From an uncultured bacterium (GTDB lineage Bacteria; JAGOEH01), in NCBI GenBank assembly GCA_964632485.1, contig CAZWDO010000006.1:124001-188000 (forward strand): a stretch of 64,000 nt of DNA, given 5' to 3'. Numbering within the stretch: the stretch's first letter is position 1; every line of letters starts with the position of its first letter. Below, piece after piece: positions 9,644 to 20,317 of this stretch. A model generated the notes under the pieces. It was not told the DNA's origin and searched no databases. It saw only the letters and a list, made by a program, of their open reading frames with translations. Both the position numbers and the translations under genes were made by a program.

Positions 9644-10939
9644 ATGGAAACATCAAAAGAGAAACTTGAACAGGGAGATGCTTTAGAGAAAAACAAGCAA
9701 TGGCAGGAAGCTTATGAGCTTTACCAGGAATTGCTCGCTGAAAATCCCAGGAGCTATGATTTATTGGCAAAATCAGCCTGGTGTTTGTCACGTCTGGGTA
9801 AATATGATCAGGCTCGGGAAGTGTATGAAAAATTAACCCAGTATCAACAACAGATTGCTCGTTGGCCATATATGACGGGCTACCAGTATTATTGCCAATC
9901 ACTATGGAAAGAAGCTTGTGAATGGTTTGAAAGGGCGCTGGATGTTTTTCCACGTTATTTAATTGTGAAATATCGACTCGCTTATGCTCTGACACAGCTT
10001 TCTGGACGGCAAAAGCAACGGCAATCCGAACATATTCCGCTGGCAATGGAACATTTACGGGATTGCATCCAACTTTATCAGGAATTGAATGAAATTGATC
10101 AGCAAAAACAGTCCGGACTGTTGGCTGATGTGTATTTTCAATTGGGAAAACTGGAAAGCCTCCAGGAAAATTGGAGTGAGGCTGAAAAATTATTCAATAA
10201 CGCCCTGGAGTTGCGTCCCGGAGATATCAATGTTCTTTATCAATTGTCCAAAGCTTTCGTGCAGGATCAACGCTATGAAGAAGCTTTGAAAATTTTACCT
10301 CAACGATTTGCCCGGGAATATTACGTCAATGAACTCAGAGCGGAAATTTATCATAAAATGGGCGATCTGGGTAAAGCCCACCGAGTTTATCGAGAATGCC
10401 TGAAACGACGGGCCCGGGATTACCTTTATCGGAATCTGGCCGAACTCGAGTTGGAGGAAAATCAGTTCGAAGAAGCATATATTGCTATTAAGCAAGCTCT
10501 TAAGCTTCAATCAGATAATCACAAAACACTCTATACGCAGGCGCTTTTATTTGAAAAATTAGGGTTTTTTGAAAAAGCTAAACATTCCCTGAATGAAGCG
10601 ATTGAAGCCAAAAAAAAGAATTTTCAATCTGGTTACCGCGAGGCGGAGATCAAACTCAAGGAGATTTCTCAACTCGAACCGGATCCTCAGGAAAATGACA
10701 AATGGCAGGAGTTTATTGACAAAATTGAGCCACCCGTTAAAATTGGTGTCGTGACATCCTATCATTACACCCGGGGTTTCGGCTTTATAGAATCCGACGG
10801 CATGCGTTATTTTTTTCATATATCCCAGTTACCCAAACGAGATCACATGCTTATCAAGGATAGTACCAAGGTTCGCTTTAAAGCCGTAAAAACTGAAAAA
10901 GGACCCAGCGCAATCGACGTTCATATTATCTTTGAGTAA
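9644..10939 (+). CDS. TPR protein with C-terminal cold-shock (OB-fold) domain
   Basis: Many TPR-like helical repeats; C-terminal GVVTSYHYTRGFGFIESDGMRYFFHISQL...VRF...TEKGPSAIDV (RNP1/RNP2-like); GGGAG RBS. Confidence 0.85.
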   Translation: METSKEKLEQGDALEKNKQWQEAYELYQELLAENPRSYDLLAKSAWCLSRLGKYDQAREVYEKLTQYQQQIARWPYMTGYQYYCQSLWKEACEWFERALDVFPRYLIVKYRLAYALTQLSGRQKQRQSEHIPLAMEHLRDCIQLYQELNEIDQQKQSGLLADVYFQLGKLESLQENWSEAEKLFNNALELRPGDINVLYQLSKAFVQDQRYEEALKILPQRFAREYYVNELRAEIYHKMGDLGKAHRVYRECLKRRARDYLYRNLAELELEENQFEEAYIAIKQALKLQSDNHKTLYTQALLFEKLGFFEKAKHSLNEAIEAKKKNFQSGYREAEIKLKEISQLEPDPQENDKWQEFIDKIEPPVKIGVVTSYHYTRGFGFIESDGMRYFFHISQLPKRDHMLIKDSTKVRFKAVKTEKGPSAIDVHIIFE

Positions 10940-10966
10940 CCAATGGTTTGGCATTGAGTTCAATTT

Positions 10967-12613
10967 TTAAATGACTTCGATATTTTTTTTATTTAATAAC
11001 TGCAATCCGTGTTCTTTGAGTTTATATTTTTGAATTTTACCACTGGCCGTCATTGGATACTCGTTTACGAAAAAGACATATTTCGGGACTTTATGGCGTG
11101 AAATTTTTCCCCGGCAGAAATCGATAATATCATCTTCGGCAAGGATAGAGCCTTCCTTTAGACGAATAAAAGCGCCGACTTGCTCCCCGTATTTGTGACT
11201 GGCGATGCCTGCCACTTGCACATCCTGGATTTCCGGAATACTCAGCAGAAATTCTTCGATTTCACGCGGATAGATGTTTTCTCCGCCCCGAATGATCATG
11301 TCCTTGATGCGGCCAGTGATGCGTAAATAGCCGTTGCTATTCATGGCGCCCAGATCTCCTGAATGGAGCCAGCCTTGATTGTCAATGACAGCGCGGGTCG
11401 CTTCGGGCATTTTATAATACCCCTTCATAATATTGTATCCCCGGCAACATACTTCACCCTGAATATCGGCAGGGCAGTTTTCACCCGTTTCAGGATTGAC
11501 TACACATACTTCGATTTCCGGCAATGCCTGTCCGACGGTGGAAACCCGCAGCTCTATCGGGTCATCGGTTCGCGTTTGTGTCATCACTGGCGAAGCCTCA
11601 GTCAATCCGTAGGCAATCGTGATTTCCCGACAATTCATTTTGTCAATGACCTGCCGCATAATTTCGATGGGACAGGGGGAACCTGCCATGATTCCAGTCC
11701 GCAAACTATTGAACGTGAACAACGGAAACATTGGATGATTTAGCATCGCGATAAACATCGTAGGGACTCCATATAGAGCGGTACATTGCTCCTTTTCTAC
11801 TGCTGCCAGCGCTAACAACGGGTCAAATCCTTCAAGAATAACCAGGGTCGATCGATGACTCAAAGCGGCCATCACCCCTAATACTAAACCAAAACAATGA
11901 AATAAAGGTACTGGAAGACAAATCCGATCTTCTGCTGTAAACTTTTGGCATTCGCCGATAAAAAAACCATTATTGACAATATTGTAATGAGTTAACATCA
12001 CCCCTTTGGGAAATCCCGTCGTTCCTGATGTATACTGCATATTTATGACTTCATGGCAATCCATATCCGTCTGAATAGCCGCTAGGTCATCTTCTGGCTG
12101 ATGAGCGCCTAATAAAAGCAGTTCGGCTGTGTTAAACATACCACGATGTTTTTCAGGTCCAATGAATATTACATTCTTTAAACAGGGAAACCGGTTCGTG
12201 TTGAGATGTCCCCGTTCACACGTGCGCAGTTCCGGGATCAATTCATAAATCATTCCTAAATAATCATTTTCACGAAAACTGTCAATTAGGCAAAGCGTGT
12301 TAATATCCGATTGTTGAATCAGATATTCAAGCTCATGGAGCCGATAAGCGGTATTAATTGTCACCAGCACTACGCCAATTTTAGCAGTTGCAAAAAGAAA
12401 GGTCAACCAATCCGGAACATTGCTCGCCCAGATTCCCAAATGATCTCCTTTTTTTAGACCCATGGCAAGCAAACCGTTTGCCATTAAATCAACACGTGAA
12501 TTGAATCCACGATATGTCATGCGAAGATCGCGGTCAGCATATATTATGAACTCATGATCAGGATTGAGTTGCGCGGCTTCTTCCAATAATCCGCCTATTG
12601 TTTTTTCTATCAT
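10967..12613 (-). CDS. AMP-dependent acyl-CoA synthetase
   Basis: [47 protein letters not shown] and TASGKIQK motifs. Confidence 0.93.
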   Translation of the reverse strand: MIEKTIGGLLEEAAQLNPDHEFIIYADRDLRMTYRGFNSRVDLMANGLLAMGLKKGDHLGIWASNVPDWLTFLFATAKIGVVLVTINTAYRLHELEYLIQQSDINTLCLIDSFRENDYLGMIYELIPELRTCERGHLNTNRFPCLKNVIFIGPEKHRGMFNTAELLLLGAHQPEDDLAAIQTDMDCHEVINMQYTSGTTGFPKGVMLTHYNIVNNGFFIGECQKFTAEDRICLPVPLFHCFGLVLGVMAALSHRSTLVILEGFDPLLALAAVEKEQCTALYGVPTMFIAMLNHPMFPLFTFNSLRTGIMAGSPCPIEIMRQVIDKMNCREITIAYGLTEASPVMTQTRTDDPIELRVSTVGQALPEIEVCVVNPETGENCPADIQGEVCCRGYNIMKGYYKMPEATRAVIDNQGWLHSGDLGAMNSNGYLRITGRIKDMIIRGGENIYPREIEEFLLSIPEIQDVQVAGIASHKYGEQVGAFIRLKEGSILAEDDIIDFCRGKISRHKVPKYVFFVNEYPMTASGKIQKYKLKEHGLQLLNKKNIEVI

Positions 12614-12705
12614 CGGATTTCTCCCGAAGTGAATGTTAACTTATTTTTAAAAATAGTACTTGAATCTAATTTAGCATAGTGAACCATACACTTTTTGGTT
12701 AAAAA

Positions 12706-13281
12706 TCAATATGGCGCATAAACGACAGCCAGAATTTTAGCGGCTTTATCGCCGATCGAATGAACATTGTGGGGAACGATGGAATCATAATAAATGGAGT
12801 CTCCGACCTCCAAGATAAAATTTTCTTTCCCATAAGCGATTTCAATTTTTCCGCTCAATACATATATAAATTCTTCTCCTTCATGATTGGATAGATGAAT
12901 GCTATCAGCCGAGGATGGCATAATGTCAATCAAAAATGGTTCCATGTGACGTGATGATTTGTTGACAGCCAGAGCAAAAAAATCTAGATCACTATGCCCA
13001 GGATGTTTTTTGTCGGAAATATGCATCGTTTTTATTGATTGACCGTTACGGGTAATAACCGGGGAAAGACTTTCCTGGTCATCGAGAAAAGTGCCGACCC
13101 GAACACCCAAAACTCGCGCGATTCGAATCAACGGACCCAGCGATGGAATCATTTCTCCGTTCTCGATTTGGCTGATCATATCCTGAGCCAGGCCTGTACG
13201 TTCGGCGACTACCTCAATGGGCAATTGACGATTTTCGCGTATTTGCCTGACAGCTTGGCCGATTTTGTCTGATGCTGGCAT
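12706..13281 (-). CDS. XRE-family HTH plus cupin transcriptional regulator
   Basis: N-terminal HTH (ISQIENGEMIPSLGPL); cupin HEGEEFIYVLSG...GDSIYYDSIVPH. Common partner of the downstream acyl-CoA ligase. Confidence 0.92.
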   Translation of the reverse strand: MPASDKIGQAVRQIRENRQLPIEVVAERTGLAQDMISQIENGEMIPSLGPLIRIARVLGVRVGTFLDDQESLSPVITRNGQSIKTMHISDKKHPGHSDLDFFALAVNKSSRHMEPFLIDIMPSSADSIHLSNHEGEEFIYVLSGKIEIAYGKENFILEVGDSIYYDSIVPHNVHSIGDKAAKILAVVYAPY

Positions 13282-13521
13282 AAAAAACTCCTTTCCAGTA
13301 GTAATATAGGCTTTTAAATCTGACCGAAACTTTCTAAATGCGTTTTCCCGCTACAAATAGGCTACCGAAAAACGGTCCCGGAATTTATGGTTAGCGCCAA
13401 CAACGATTTTTATGAGCAACCAGCCATCCATGCAGTGCCCGCAGTTTATTGCTCTTTTGGATTTTTTCAAAACCGGACCCTCACTCTTCTCCGATAGCGA
13501 AATTTCACTTAACATCTAAGG

Positions 13522-14508
13522 CTACCTGGAGTTGAAAAGTAGCGAATCCAAATGCTTACTAAACTTTTCCGCGCCCGTAATATTTAGATGGTCAGAATCC
13601 CAAAAGCAATCGTCCGTCAGTTTCCAGTTGCTGAAATCATAGTATTCTATTTGTGGGAATTGTTTTTTAAGCTGAGTGATCAGAGTATAAAATTCATTGA
13701 GATAAGATGAATTAAAAGATGAACGATAAGCTTTTGAATAAGGAGGAGTTATGAGCACAATATTTTTTTTCCGAGCCAACAATAGTGTGATAATTTTTTG
13801 ATAGTAGGTCATATTTTCGTTGATCAAATCTCGATTGTATAAGGATTGATGATTTTCAGCTTTTAATTGTCCGTGCCTTAAAAGTTGGCTGGAAGGCATG
13901 TAGGTGTTATTGTAACGATATCCATTGGCAATGAGAACTTCATCCGGTAGATTTGAATTTTCAGAAACTGCCGAACATGTGTCAATGCGATGGAGGACGG
14001 GTCTTTTTTTTAAGATCAAGTCTTTGATCAAACCGTAATGATGCGTATAGAAGAGTGAACTATAAAGCCATGTCCGCAGTATATTTTGACTCCGCGGACT
14101 AATACCTAATTCATGATAATAGTCTTTCGCAAAGAAAGGTTCATAGGTCTCTTCGTCATAGCCAAAAGAAAACCATGAGAGAGTCAAAATTACGGTTTGG
14201 AGGGAGGGCAGACGATCAATATATTTTTCAATAATTTGATAATCATAATAAACATCCTGTGACGAGTACGACAGATTAAAAGTTTTTTCGCGGAAAAATT
14301 GGGGGTTCAGACTTTTTTCTCCATGAGAAGCCCCTAAAATTAGTACGTGAATTTGACTGAGTTGATTCACAATAGATGAATGTTTGAAATATAGATCGGT
14401 ACGGCTGGTGTACATTAAACGGGCTAAAAATTCAAGAAAACTGAGTTGAACGATAAGTAACAGGAAAAAATAGGCTAGCTTTTTTATAAAGTGACGTTCT
14501 AATATCAT
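13522..14508 (-). CDS. Membrane-anchored SGNH-like (DltD/PatB-type) acyltransferase
   Basis: N-terminal TM helix, ILGASH (Ser nucleophile block) and C-terminal FWDSDHLN (DxxH). Confidence 0.75.
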   Translation of the reverse strand: MILERHFIKKLAYFFLLLIVQLSFLEFLARLMYTSRTDLYFKHSSIVNQLSQIHVLILGASHGEKSLNPQFFREKTFNLSYSSQDVYYDYQIIEKYIDRLPSLQTVILTLSWFSFGYDEETYEPFFAKDYYHELGISPRSQNILRTWLYSSLFYTHHYGLIKDLILKKRPVLHRIDTCSAVSENSNLPDEVLIANGYRYNNTYMPSSQLLRHGQLKAENHQSLYNRDLINENMTYYQKIITLLLARKKNIVLITPPYSKAYRSSFNSSYLNEFYTLITQLKKQFPQIEYYDFSNWKLTDDCFWDSDHLNITGAEKFSKHLDSLLFNSR

Positions 14509-14522
14509 ACGGATTGTAATTC

Positions 14523-15995
14523 CTAAAATTGAAAATAGATGAACGATGATTCTCCGAAACGGCCAAACAAAAGAATGCTAAAAATCATCATGTAGTACAC
14601 CGACCATCGGAGCCAGATTGGTTTCATTTTAAGTCTATCCCAGACTGGTTTTTTTTGATGGAGGGTTTGAATAAATAGAATTGCAACTATTGAAAAGATA
14701 GCAATAATAAAATCATAGCGATTCAAGCCATAATTAAAGATTTCCATTCCGCTCTGGCTTAGAGCGAACCTGGATGGAATACGGATTAAACGCTTAAAGA
14801 TGGAAAAGGCATCCGAGACAGAATTGGCGCGAAACAGAATCCAGCTTAATGAAATGATAGTAAACGTCCAACCGATACGGATTGTTTTAAGAAGTTTGGG
14901 GAATTGAATTAAATGGCTAATCTGTAATGTTTTTTTACGTAATGGTTGGCTGATAATAGAGGCGGAAAAGAGTAGCCCATGAGTCAATCCCCACAAAATA
15001 AACCCCCAACTGGCGCCGTGCCAGAACCCGCAGACTAAAAATGTAATCAAGCATGCAATTATAGTTCCGCCCTGTCTGTAATTGCGATATTTCATCTGCA
15101 AGGGTGTAAAAAGGTAGTCTGTTAGAAATTTTGAGAATGTAATATGCCACCGCCGCCAAAAATCCGGTATCGAAATTGCTCCGTAGGGGAGATTGAAATT
15201 TGGGCTCAATTCAATTTGAAAACATCGCGCGGTTCCCAGAGCGATATCCGTATATCCTGAAAAATCAAAATAAATCTGAAATGAATAGAGCGCAACGGCG
15301 ATAAATATGATTAACGGTTCACTTTGCTCTATGTTGGAATAAACCCGATTGACAAGCAAGCCCAGTCGATCGGCGATCACAATTTTTTGGAAAAGACCGC
15401 TCAAGATAAGGATGCCTCCCCGGGTAAACTGATCATAGTCAATTTTTGAAGACCGGCTTAATTGTGGAACCAAATGGCTGGCGCGCTCAATCGGACCCTG
15501 GAGTAGTTTGGGGAAAAAACTCAGGTAGAGAGCGTGGACCTCCCAATCTGTAGTGGGCTGGGTTTTTTCCAAATAGACATCCGCCAGATATGATATCGCT
15601 TGAAATGAGTAGTAAGAAAGACCGATTGTAAGGATGGTTTGAGGAACCGGCACTAAAGACCGGGATAAAAAAAAGAGGCCTGCTGAATTGATGCTGTTAA
15701 ATATAAAAGGAATATATTTATATAAGATAAGAATGCAAAGGATCGCAGTGATATTGAGAATCAGCAACCGATTTTTAGCTGTGGCTGCGGAATGTGATTG
15801 AAGCCGCCGCGCCCCATAGTATGAAATGTAAATAATGGCCAGCAGTGCCAGCATTAGCGATGGATTGAGCAATACTGCGTAGAAAAACAAACTAGCCATT
15901 AACAATACGCGTTGTCTTTGTCGAAAATTTACACTGTAATAGATGATCCAGACAACTACCGCAAAAATAAAGAATTGAGGAGTATTCAGAGCCAT
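14523..15995 (-). CDS. MBOAT family O-acyltransferase (AlgI/DltB/PatA-like)
   Basis: GLSYYSFQAISY, FFPKLLQGPIER, IYFDFSGYTDIA, FWRRWHIT and GFWHGA motifs; C-terminal FIYFQF. Confidence 0.94.
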   Translation of the reverse strand: MALNTPQFFIFAVVVWIIYYSVNFRQRQRVLLMASLFFYAVLLNPSLMLALLAIIYISYYGARRLQSHSAATAKNRLLILNITAILCILILYKYIPFIFNSINSAGLFFLSRSLVPVPQTILTIGLSYYSFQAISYLADVYLEKTQPTTDWEVHALYLSFFPKLLQGPIERASHLVPQLSRSSKIDYDQFTRGGILILSGLFQKIVIADRLGLLVNRVYSNIEQSEPLIIFIAVALYSFQIYFDFSGYTDIALGTARCFQIELSPNFNLPYGAISIPDFWRRWHITFSKFLTDYLFTPLQMKYRNYRQGGTIIACLITFLVCGFWHGASWGFILWGLTHGLLFSASIISQPLRKKTLQISHLIQFPKLLKTIRIGWTFTIISLSWILFRANSVSDAFSIFKRLIRIPSRFALSQSGMEIFNYGLNRYDFIIAIFSIVAILFIQTLHQKKPVWDRLKMKPIWLRWSVYYMMIFSILLFGRFGESSFIYFQF

Positions 15996-16001
15996 ACGAG
16001 A

Positions 16002-16241
16002 TTAGACGGTTTTTTTTTCGATACAATTCAGTAGGTCGCCCACATTCTGAAAAGAAAGTAATTCACGCTGGGTAAAGCGGATGTTGAAACGAGTTTCGAC
16101 AGCCAGTATCAGATTGACATGAGAAAGGGAGTCCCAACCTTCAACTTCATCTGCGGTGGTCTCTACAGTCAGCAGAATGGAATCGTCATTAAACACTTCA
16201 CAAAAGAGATCGTTCAATTTTTTCATTAATTGAGTATTCAT
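16002..16241 (-). CDS. Acyl carrier protein
   Basis: 79 aa, acidic, GWDSLSH phosphopantetheine site. Confidence 0.92.
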   Translation of the reverse strand: MNTQLMKKLNDLFCEVFNDDSILLTVETTADEVEGWDSLSHVNLILAVETRFNIRFTQRELLSFQNVGDLLNCIEKKTV

Positions 16242-16246
16242 TGTAA

Positions 16247-17872
16247 TTAATCCTCCATGGTTGAAATATCGCCTGGATCCGCCCCGGTATAGAGCGCTTT
16301 TAGGTAGCGTCTCATGATTTTGCCGCTTTTGTTCTTAGGAATAGTGTCGACAAAGCGGATATCCTGGGGAGTAGCGATTGTGGATACTCGATTGGATACA
16401 AATAACCGGATTTTCAATTCCAGTTCACGGGAATATAATACTCCTTCATTGAGCTTAATGAATGCCACAACTTTTTCGAAGAGCATATCATCCGAAGCTC
16501 CGATTGCTGCTGATTCGGCAATTTCCGGGATTTCAAGCAAAGCGCTTTCAATTTCAAACGGGCTGATTAAATGACCGGCTGTGTTGATAATATCATCATT
16601 GCGGCCGACAAACCAGAAATAACCATCCATATCTTGATAAGCGCGGTCCCCCGTCAGGTAATAGGAGCCGATAAATTTTGATTTGTAAATTTCGTCATGG
16701 TTTAAATAAGTCGTAAACATCGAAGGCCAGGGGGCTTTTATCGCTAAGGCGCCACTCTGGTTGGGTTGTAGGGGATGCCCGGCATCATCAATTATTGCGG
16801 CTGCAATATCGGGAACCGGAACTCCCATTGAACCGGGTTTGATCGTCAGGGAGGGTCGGTTGCTAATCATAATTGCGCCAGTTTCAGTTTGAAAATAGGT
16901 ATCGTGGATATCTCGATGAAGTACTCGATGTCCCCAATGTACAATCTCTGGATTCAACGGTTCTCCCACACTGAAAATGTGTTTAAGTTTGGATTGGGGG
17001 ATTGCCTTGAATATTTCAGGGTCCTCATTCATTAACATGCGTAAAGCCGTTGGCGCCGTGTACCAAATCGTTATACACTGCTCATTGATAATACGCATCC
17101 AGGTTTCAGCATGGTATCCACCTTCAAAGTGGATCTGACTGACACCCAGCGCGCAAGGGCCTATGATACCGTAAGAAATCCCCGTTACCCAACCAGGGTC
17201 GGCGGTACACCAATAAACTTCCTGGGGGTTAAGCTGAAGTATTTTTTCACTGGTCAATGTCTGGGAAAGAAGAGATTCGTGGTGATGGAGCACCCCCTTT
17301 GGTTTTCCAGTTGATCCGGAAGTGTAATGCAGGACGGATGGCGCCGAGGGCGGAGTCACCGGTGTTGTAAAGCGGAGGGAGGCTTCGGACTTTAATTTAT
17401 TATAACTTAATATCTGCTCCGATTCGTGTTCATCAATGTCAATTAAAATAATGGCTCTAAGCGCCGGAAGTTCACCCAGAATCGAACTGAAACGTTTGAG
17501 AAGTTTCCGTTTGGTTACGATAACTTTTGCCTGAGCATCACTCAACCGATCCAGTAAGGCTTCTGTTCCGAAATTGGAAAAAAGAGTCCCGGCGATCAAA
17601 CCCGCTTTGAGAGTTCCTAAAAAAGAGATGAGCTGCTCCGGACATTTTGGTAAATAAGTGAATAACACATCCTCTGGTTTAAATCCCAGCTTTAGTAATA
17701 TATTTGCAAATTGATTCGTAGAATTGTCCAGTTCTTGAAAGGTCATATCCTTTATCGTTAGGATGGGGGAGAGAAAACGCACAGCTAATTTATTAGCCAA
17801 GCCCTGTTCGCATGGATATGTCGCGCAATAGTATCCGATATTGTACTGATTTGTAAATTTACTTGATAACAT
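16247..17872 (-). CDS. Acetyl-CoA synthetase-like adenylate-forming ligase
   Basis: HYTSGSTGKPKG, WCTADPGWVTG, SVGEPLNP, DTYFQTETG and PKNKSGKIMRR motifs. Start placed at ATG 17872 (GGAG RBS) rather than 17929. Confidence 0.88.
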   Translation of the reverse strand: MLSSKFTNQYNIGYYCATYPCEQGLANKLAVRFLSPILTIKDMTFQELDNSTNQFANILLKLGFKPEDVLFTYLPKCPEQLISFLGTLKAGLIAGTLFSNFGTEALLDRLSDAQAKVIVTKRKLLKRFSSILGELPALRAIILIDIDEHESEQILSYNKLKSEASLRFTTPVTPPSAPSVLHYTSGSTGKPKGVLHHHESLLSQTLTSEKILQLNPQEVYWCTADPGWVTGISYGIIGPCALGVSQIHFEGGYHAETWMRIINEQCITIWYTAPTALRMLMNEDPEIFKAIPQSKLKHIFSVGEPLNPEIVHWGHRVLHRDIHDTYFQTETGAIMISNRPSLTIKPGSMGVPVPDIAAAIIDDAGHPLQPNQSGALAIKAPWPSMFTTYLNHDEIYKSKFIGSYYLTGDRAYQDMDGYFWFVGRNDDIINTAGHLISPFEIESALLEIPEIAESAAIGASDDMLFEKVVAFIKLNEGVLYSRELELKIRLFVSNRVSTIATPQDIRFVDTIPKNKSGKIMRRYLKALYTGADPGDISTMED

Positions 17873-17937
17873 ATTGTTCTCCAGATAGTTAACGATCAAA
17901 TCGTTTTCTTTTGTTTTCGAATCATTCATTTTGTTTA

Positions 17938-17966
17938 AATATATCCCATTTTTATAATGATGTCAA
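17938..17966 (-). promoter_or_regulatory. Putative sigma-70 promoter for the ligase-ACP-MBOAT-SGNH operon
   Basis: TTGACA-N17-TATATT on the minus strand. Confidence 0.62.
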
Positions 17967-18011
17967 GCCTTTTTTAAGATACTGAGCAAACAAATAAGTT
18001 GAACCCGGCTT

Positions 18012-18431
18012 TTATTCACCGATAATTTTTACCAGCACCCGCTTTTTTCGACGTCCATCGAATTCCCCATAGAAAATTTGTTCCCATGGACCAAAATCGA
18101 GTTTGCCTTGTGTAACAGCTACTACTACTTCCCGTCCCATAATCTGGCGTTTCAGGTGCGCGTCACCATTATCTTCGCCGGTACGGTTATGACGATACTT
18201 CTCAATAGGCGCGTGAGGAGCTAATTCCTCCAGCCAGTCAGCGTAATCAGCATGAAGGCCTCGTTCATCATCGTTTATAAATATGGATGCTGTGATATGC
18301 ATGGCATTAACTAAGCATAAACCCTCTTGTATTTCTGACTCTCTCAAGGATTTTTCAATTTCCCGGGTGATGTTGATTAATTCTACTCGTTGGTTTGTAT
18401 TGAACCAAAGTTCTTTACGGTATGTTTTCAT
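18012..18431 (-). CDS. yjbQ: YjbQ/UPF0047 family (secondary thiamine-phosphate synthase)
   Basis: [25 protein letters not shown] and [13 protein letters not shown] motifs; GGAGG RBS. Confidence 0.93.
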   Translation of the reverse strand: MKTYRKELWFNTNQRVELINITREIEKSLRESEIQEGLCLVNAMHITASIFINDDERGLHADYADWLEELAPHAPIEKYRHNRTGEDNGDAHLKRQIMGREVVVAVTQGKLDFGPWEQIFYGEFDGRRKKRVLVKIIGE

Positions 18432-18510
18432 AGTGTCCTCCTCAAGGGTTTAACAATAATATAAGATAAAACTTAATTTTTTCAATTTATTTTAGATATA
18501 ATTTTTTCTC

Positions 18511-18539
18511 TTGACAATTAGTATAAATTTCTATATTTT
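18511..18539 (+). promoter_or_regulatory. Putative sigma-70 promoter
   Basis: TTGACA followed by TATATT (15-nt spacer) or TATTTT (17-nt spacer) in an AT-rich divergent intergenic region. Confidence 0.45.
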
Positions 18540-18647
18540 AATATTATGTATATGAATTGGGAAGAGTGGATACTTCCTTTAGTAACGTTTATATAATTTT
18601 AGCTTGGATACGTAATTCTAAACGCCCGAAATTCGAGGAGGAAACTG

Positions 18648-19058
18648 ATGAAAATATTGATTGTTGAAGATGAATTTGTCGGACGCATGTTTTTGCAGGA
18701 AATCCTTTCTGCTTATGGCCGTTGTGATGTTGCGATAAATGGTATGGAAGCGATTGAATCGTTTAAAATGGCTTTGGCTAAAAAAGACCCTTATGATGTC
18801 ATCTGTCTGGATATTATGATGCCGGATGTTGATGGCCAAACTGTTCTTAAAGAAATTCGAAAACTGGAAGCGGAAAATGGTATATTTGGATTAGCGGGAC
18901 TCAAAATTATTATGACTACGGCTTTGGGTGATTTAACCAACATCAAAACCGCCTTTAAAGAACAGTGCGATGCCTATCTCATTAAACCGATTATGCGCGA
19001 TAAACTGATTCAAACCTTCAAAGATTTGGGACTTATTTCAAGTTCGATTGATCTTTAA
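18648..19058 (+). CDS. Single-domain response regulator (CheY-like)
   Basis: ILIVEDE, phosphoacceptor LDIMMP, IIMTTA and YLIKP; GGAGG RBS. Confidence 0.93.
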   Translation: MKILIVEDEFVGRMFLQEILSAYGRCDVAINGMEAIESFKMALAKKDPYDVICLDIMMPDVDGQTVLKEIRKLEAENGIFGLAGLKIIMTTALGDLTNIKTAFKEQCDAYLIKPIMRDKLIQTFKDLGLISSSIDL

Positions 19059-19289
19059 TTATAACATCAAATGATATTTAATTTTATCCGCTATTAACAA
19101 TTGTAGAAAATTAACGGTCTTCTATCAAAATTAACGGATATACTTTCAACATTGTTCAGTTCGAATGTCCGGCGCTAATTGACAAACCAAATAAGGGATT
19201 ATGTTTTAATGACTGGAAAAAAAATCCTGTTATTAAGCCTGATTGTACATTGTTTTTTTTGTAACATTATAAAATTAAGGGGAGATTTT

Positions 19290-20147
19290 ATGGAAATCAT
19301 TCAAGCCCCGGGAGTTGGGCGGTGGTACCCAAGCCAGACGGATAGTTTACGTTCATTGATCAAGGGTTATTATGACAGTGTTACGTTACCTGAGGAACTC
19401 AATGCAATTGAGCCGGTAGCCGGGATTGCGCCCCATGCTGGGTATATGTATTGCGGAGAAGGCAATGCGTATGCATATAAAGTATTATCCGGAAAAAAAA
19501 TCAGGCGAATCATCGTTATCGGTCCCAGCCATTATCGCTATTTACATGGCGCTTTCGTTCCTACGGCTTCCGGTTATCATTCCCCTTTAGGCGATTTGAA
19601 AATCGATATTCAGGCGTGTCTGGATTTGGCGCATCATCCGCTAATCAGCGCGGATAGCCGGCCTTTCACCCAGGAGCATTCCGTAGATAACCAAATTCCT
19701 TTTCTGCAGTTTATACAGCCGCAAGGCTTTTTGTTGCTGCCATTGATCGTTGGGGAGTTAAGTCTTTCCGATGCAAAGGTTTTGGCCGAATTACTCAAAC
19801 CCTATCTGGATTCATCGGATTTTATTGCAGTTAGTTCTGATTTTACGCATTATGGCGCAAATTTTCAATATCAACCTTTTCCCAATGACGGCCGTGTCCG
19901 TCAGAATCTCGAAAAACTCGACCGGGGCGTTATCGAACCGATTTTAGCAGTGGATGCCAAGCTTTTTGATGCGTATATCGTCAAAACAGGCGCGACGGTA
20001 TGCGGTCGTCATCCCATTAATTTAGTTTTGTCTTTGTTGGCTGATATGAGTGTAAAATCACAATTGCTGCATTATTATTGTTCAGGAGACCGGGAAAAAG
20101 ATTATTCTCTTTCCGTTTCATACGCCTCGGTATTGTTTTATAAATAA
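19290..20147 (+). CDS. MEMO1 family / AmmeMemoRadiSam system protein B
   Basis: GRWYP, APHAGYMYCG, IGPSH, EHSVDNQIPFL, SSDFTHYG, TVCG and VSYAS motifs; GGAG RBS before ATG 19290. Confidence 0.9.
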   Translation: MEIIQAPGVGRWYPSQTDSLRSLIKGYYDSVTLPEELNAIEPVAGIAPHAGYMYCGEGNAYAYKVLSGKKIRRIIVIGPSHYRYLHGAFVPTASGYHSPLGDLKIDIQACLDLAHHPLISADSRPFTQEHSVDNQIPFLQFIQPQGFLLLPLIVGELSLSDAKVLAELLKPYLDSSDFIAVSSDFTHYGANFQYQPFPNDGRVRQNLEKLDRGVIEPILAVDAKLFDAYIVKTGATVCGRHPINLVLSLLADMSVKSQLLHYYCSGDREKDYSLSVSYASVLFYK

Positions 20148-20317
20148 ATTTACCGCGTCAGAGGCATTTCCATTATATATTAACCGGTAATTGATTGATT
20201 TTACCCCGGATTATATTGACTCTTTTTAAATATTTGTCCTAAACGCTAAATTTGTCTTGACATTTTGCAATTTTTTTATAAATTAGAGTGTTTCATGCAT
20301 TATGGCGAAAAATGAGG

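Noticed and set aside
9531-10046. 171-aa minus-strand ORF and the many other short overlapping ORFs in the track
   Set aside because: They lie antisense or out of frame within well-supported genes and have no recognisable motifs.
13282-13521. 240-nt intergenic region with short inverted repeats (GGTCC/GGACC, GAGCAA/TTGCTC)
   Set aside because: Stems are short and no known motif is present; not distinguishable from chance by eye.
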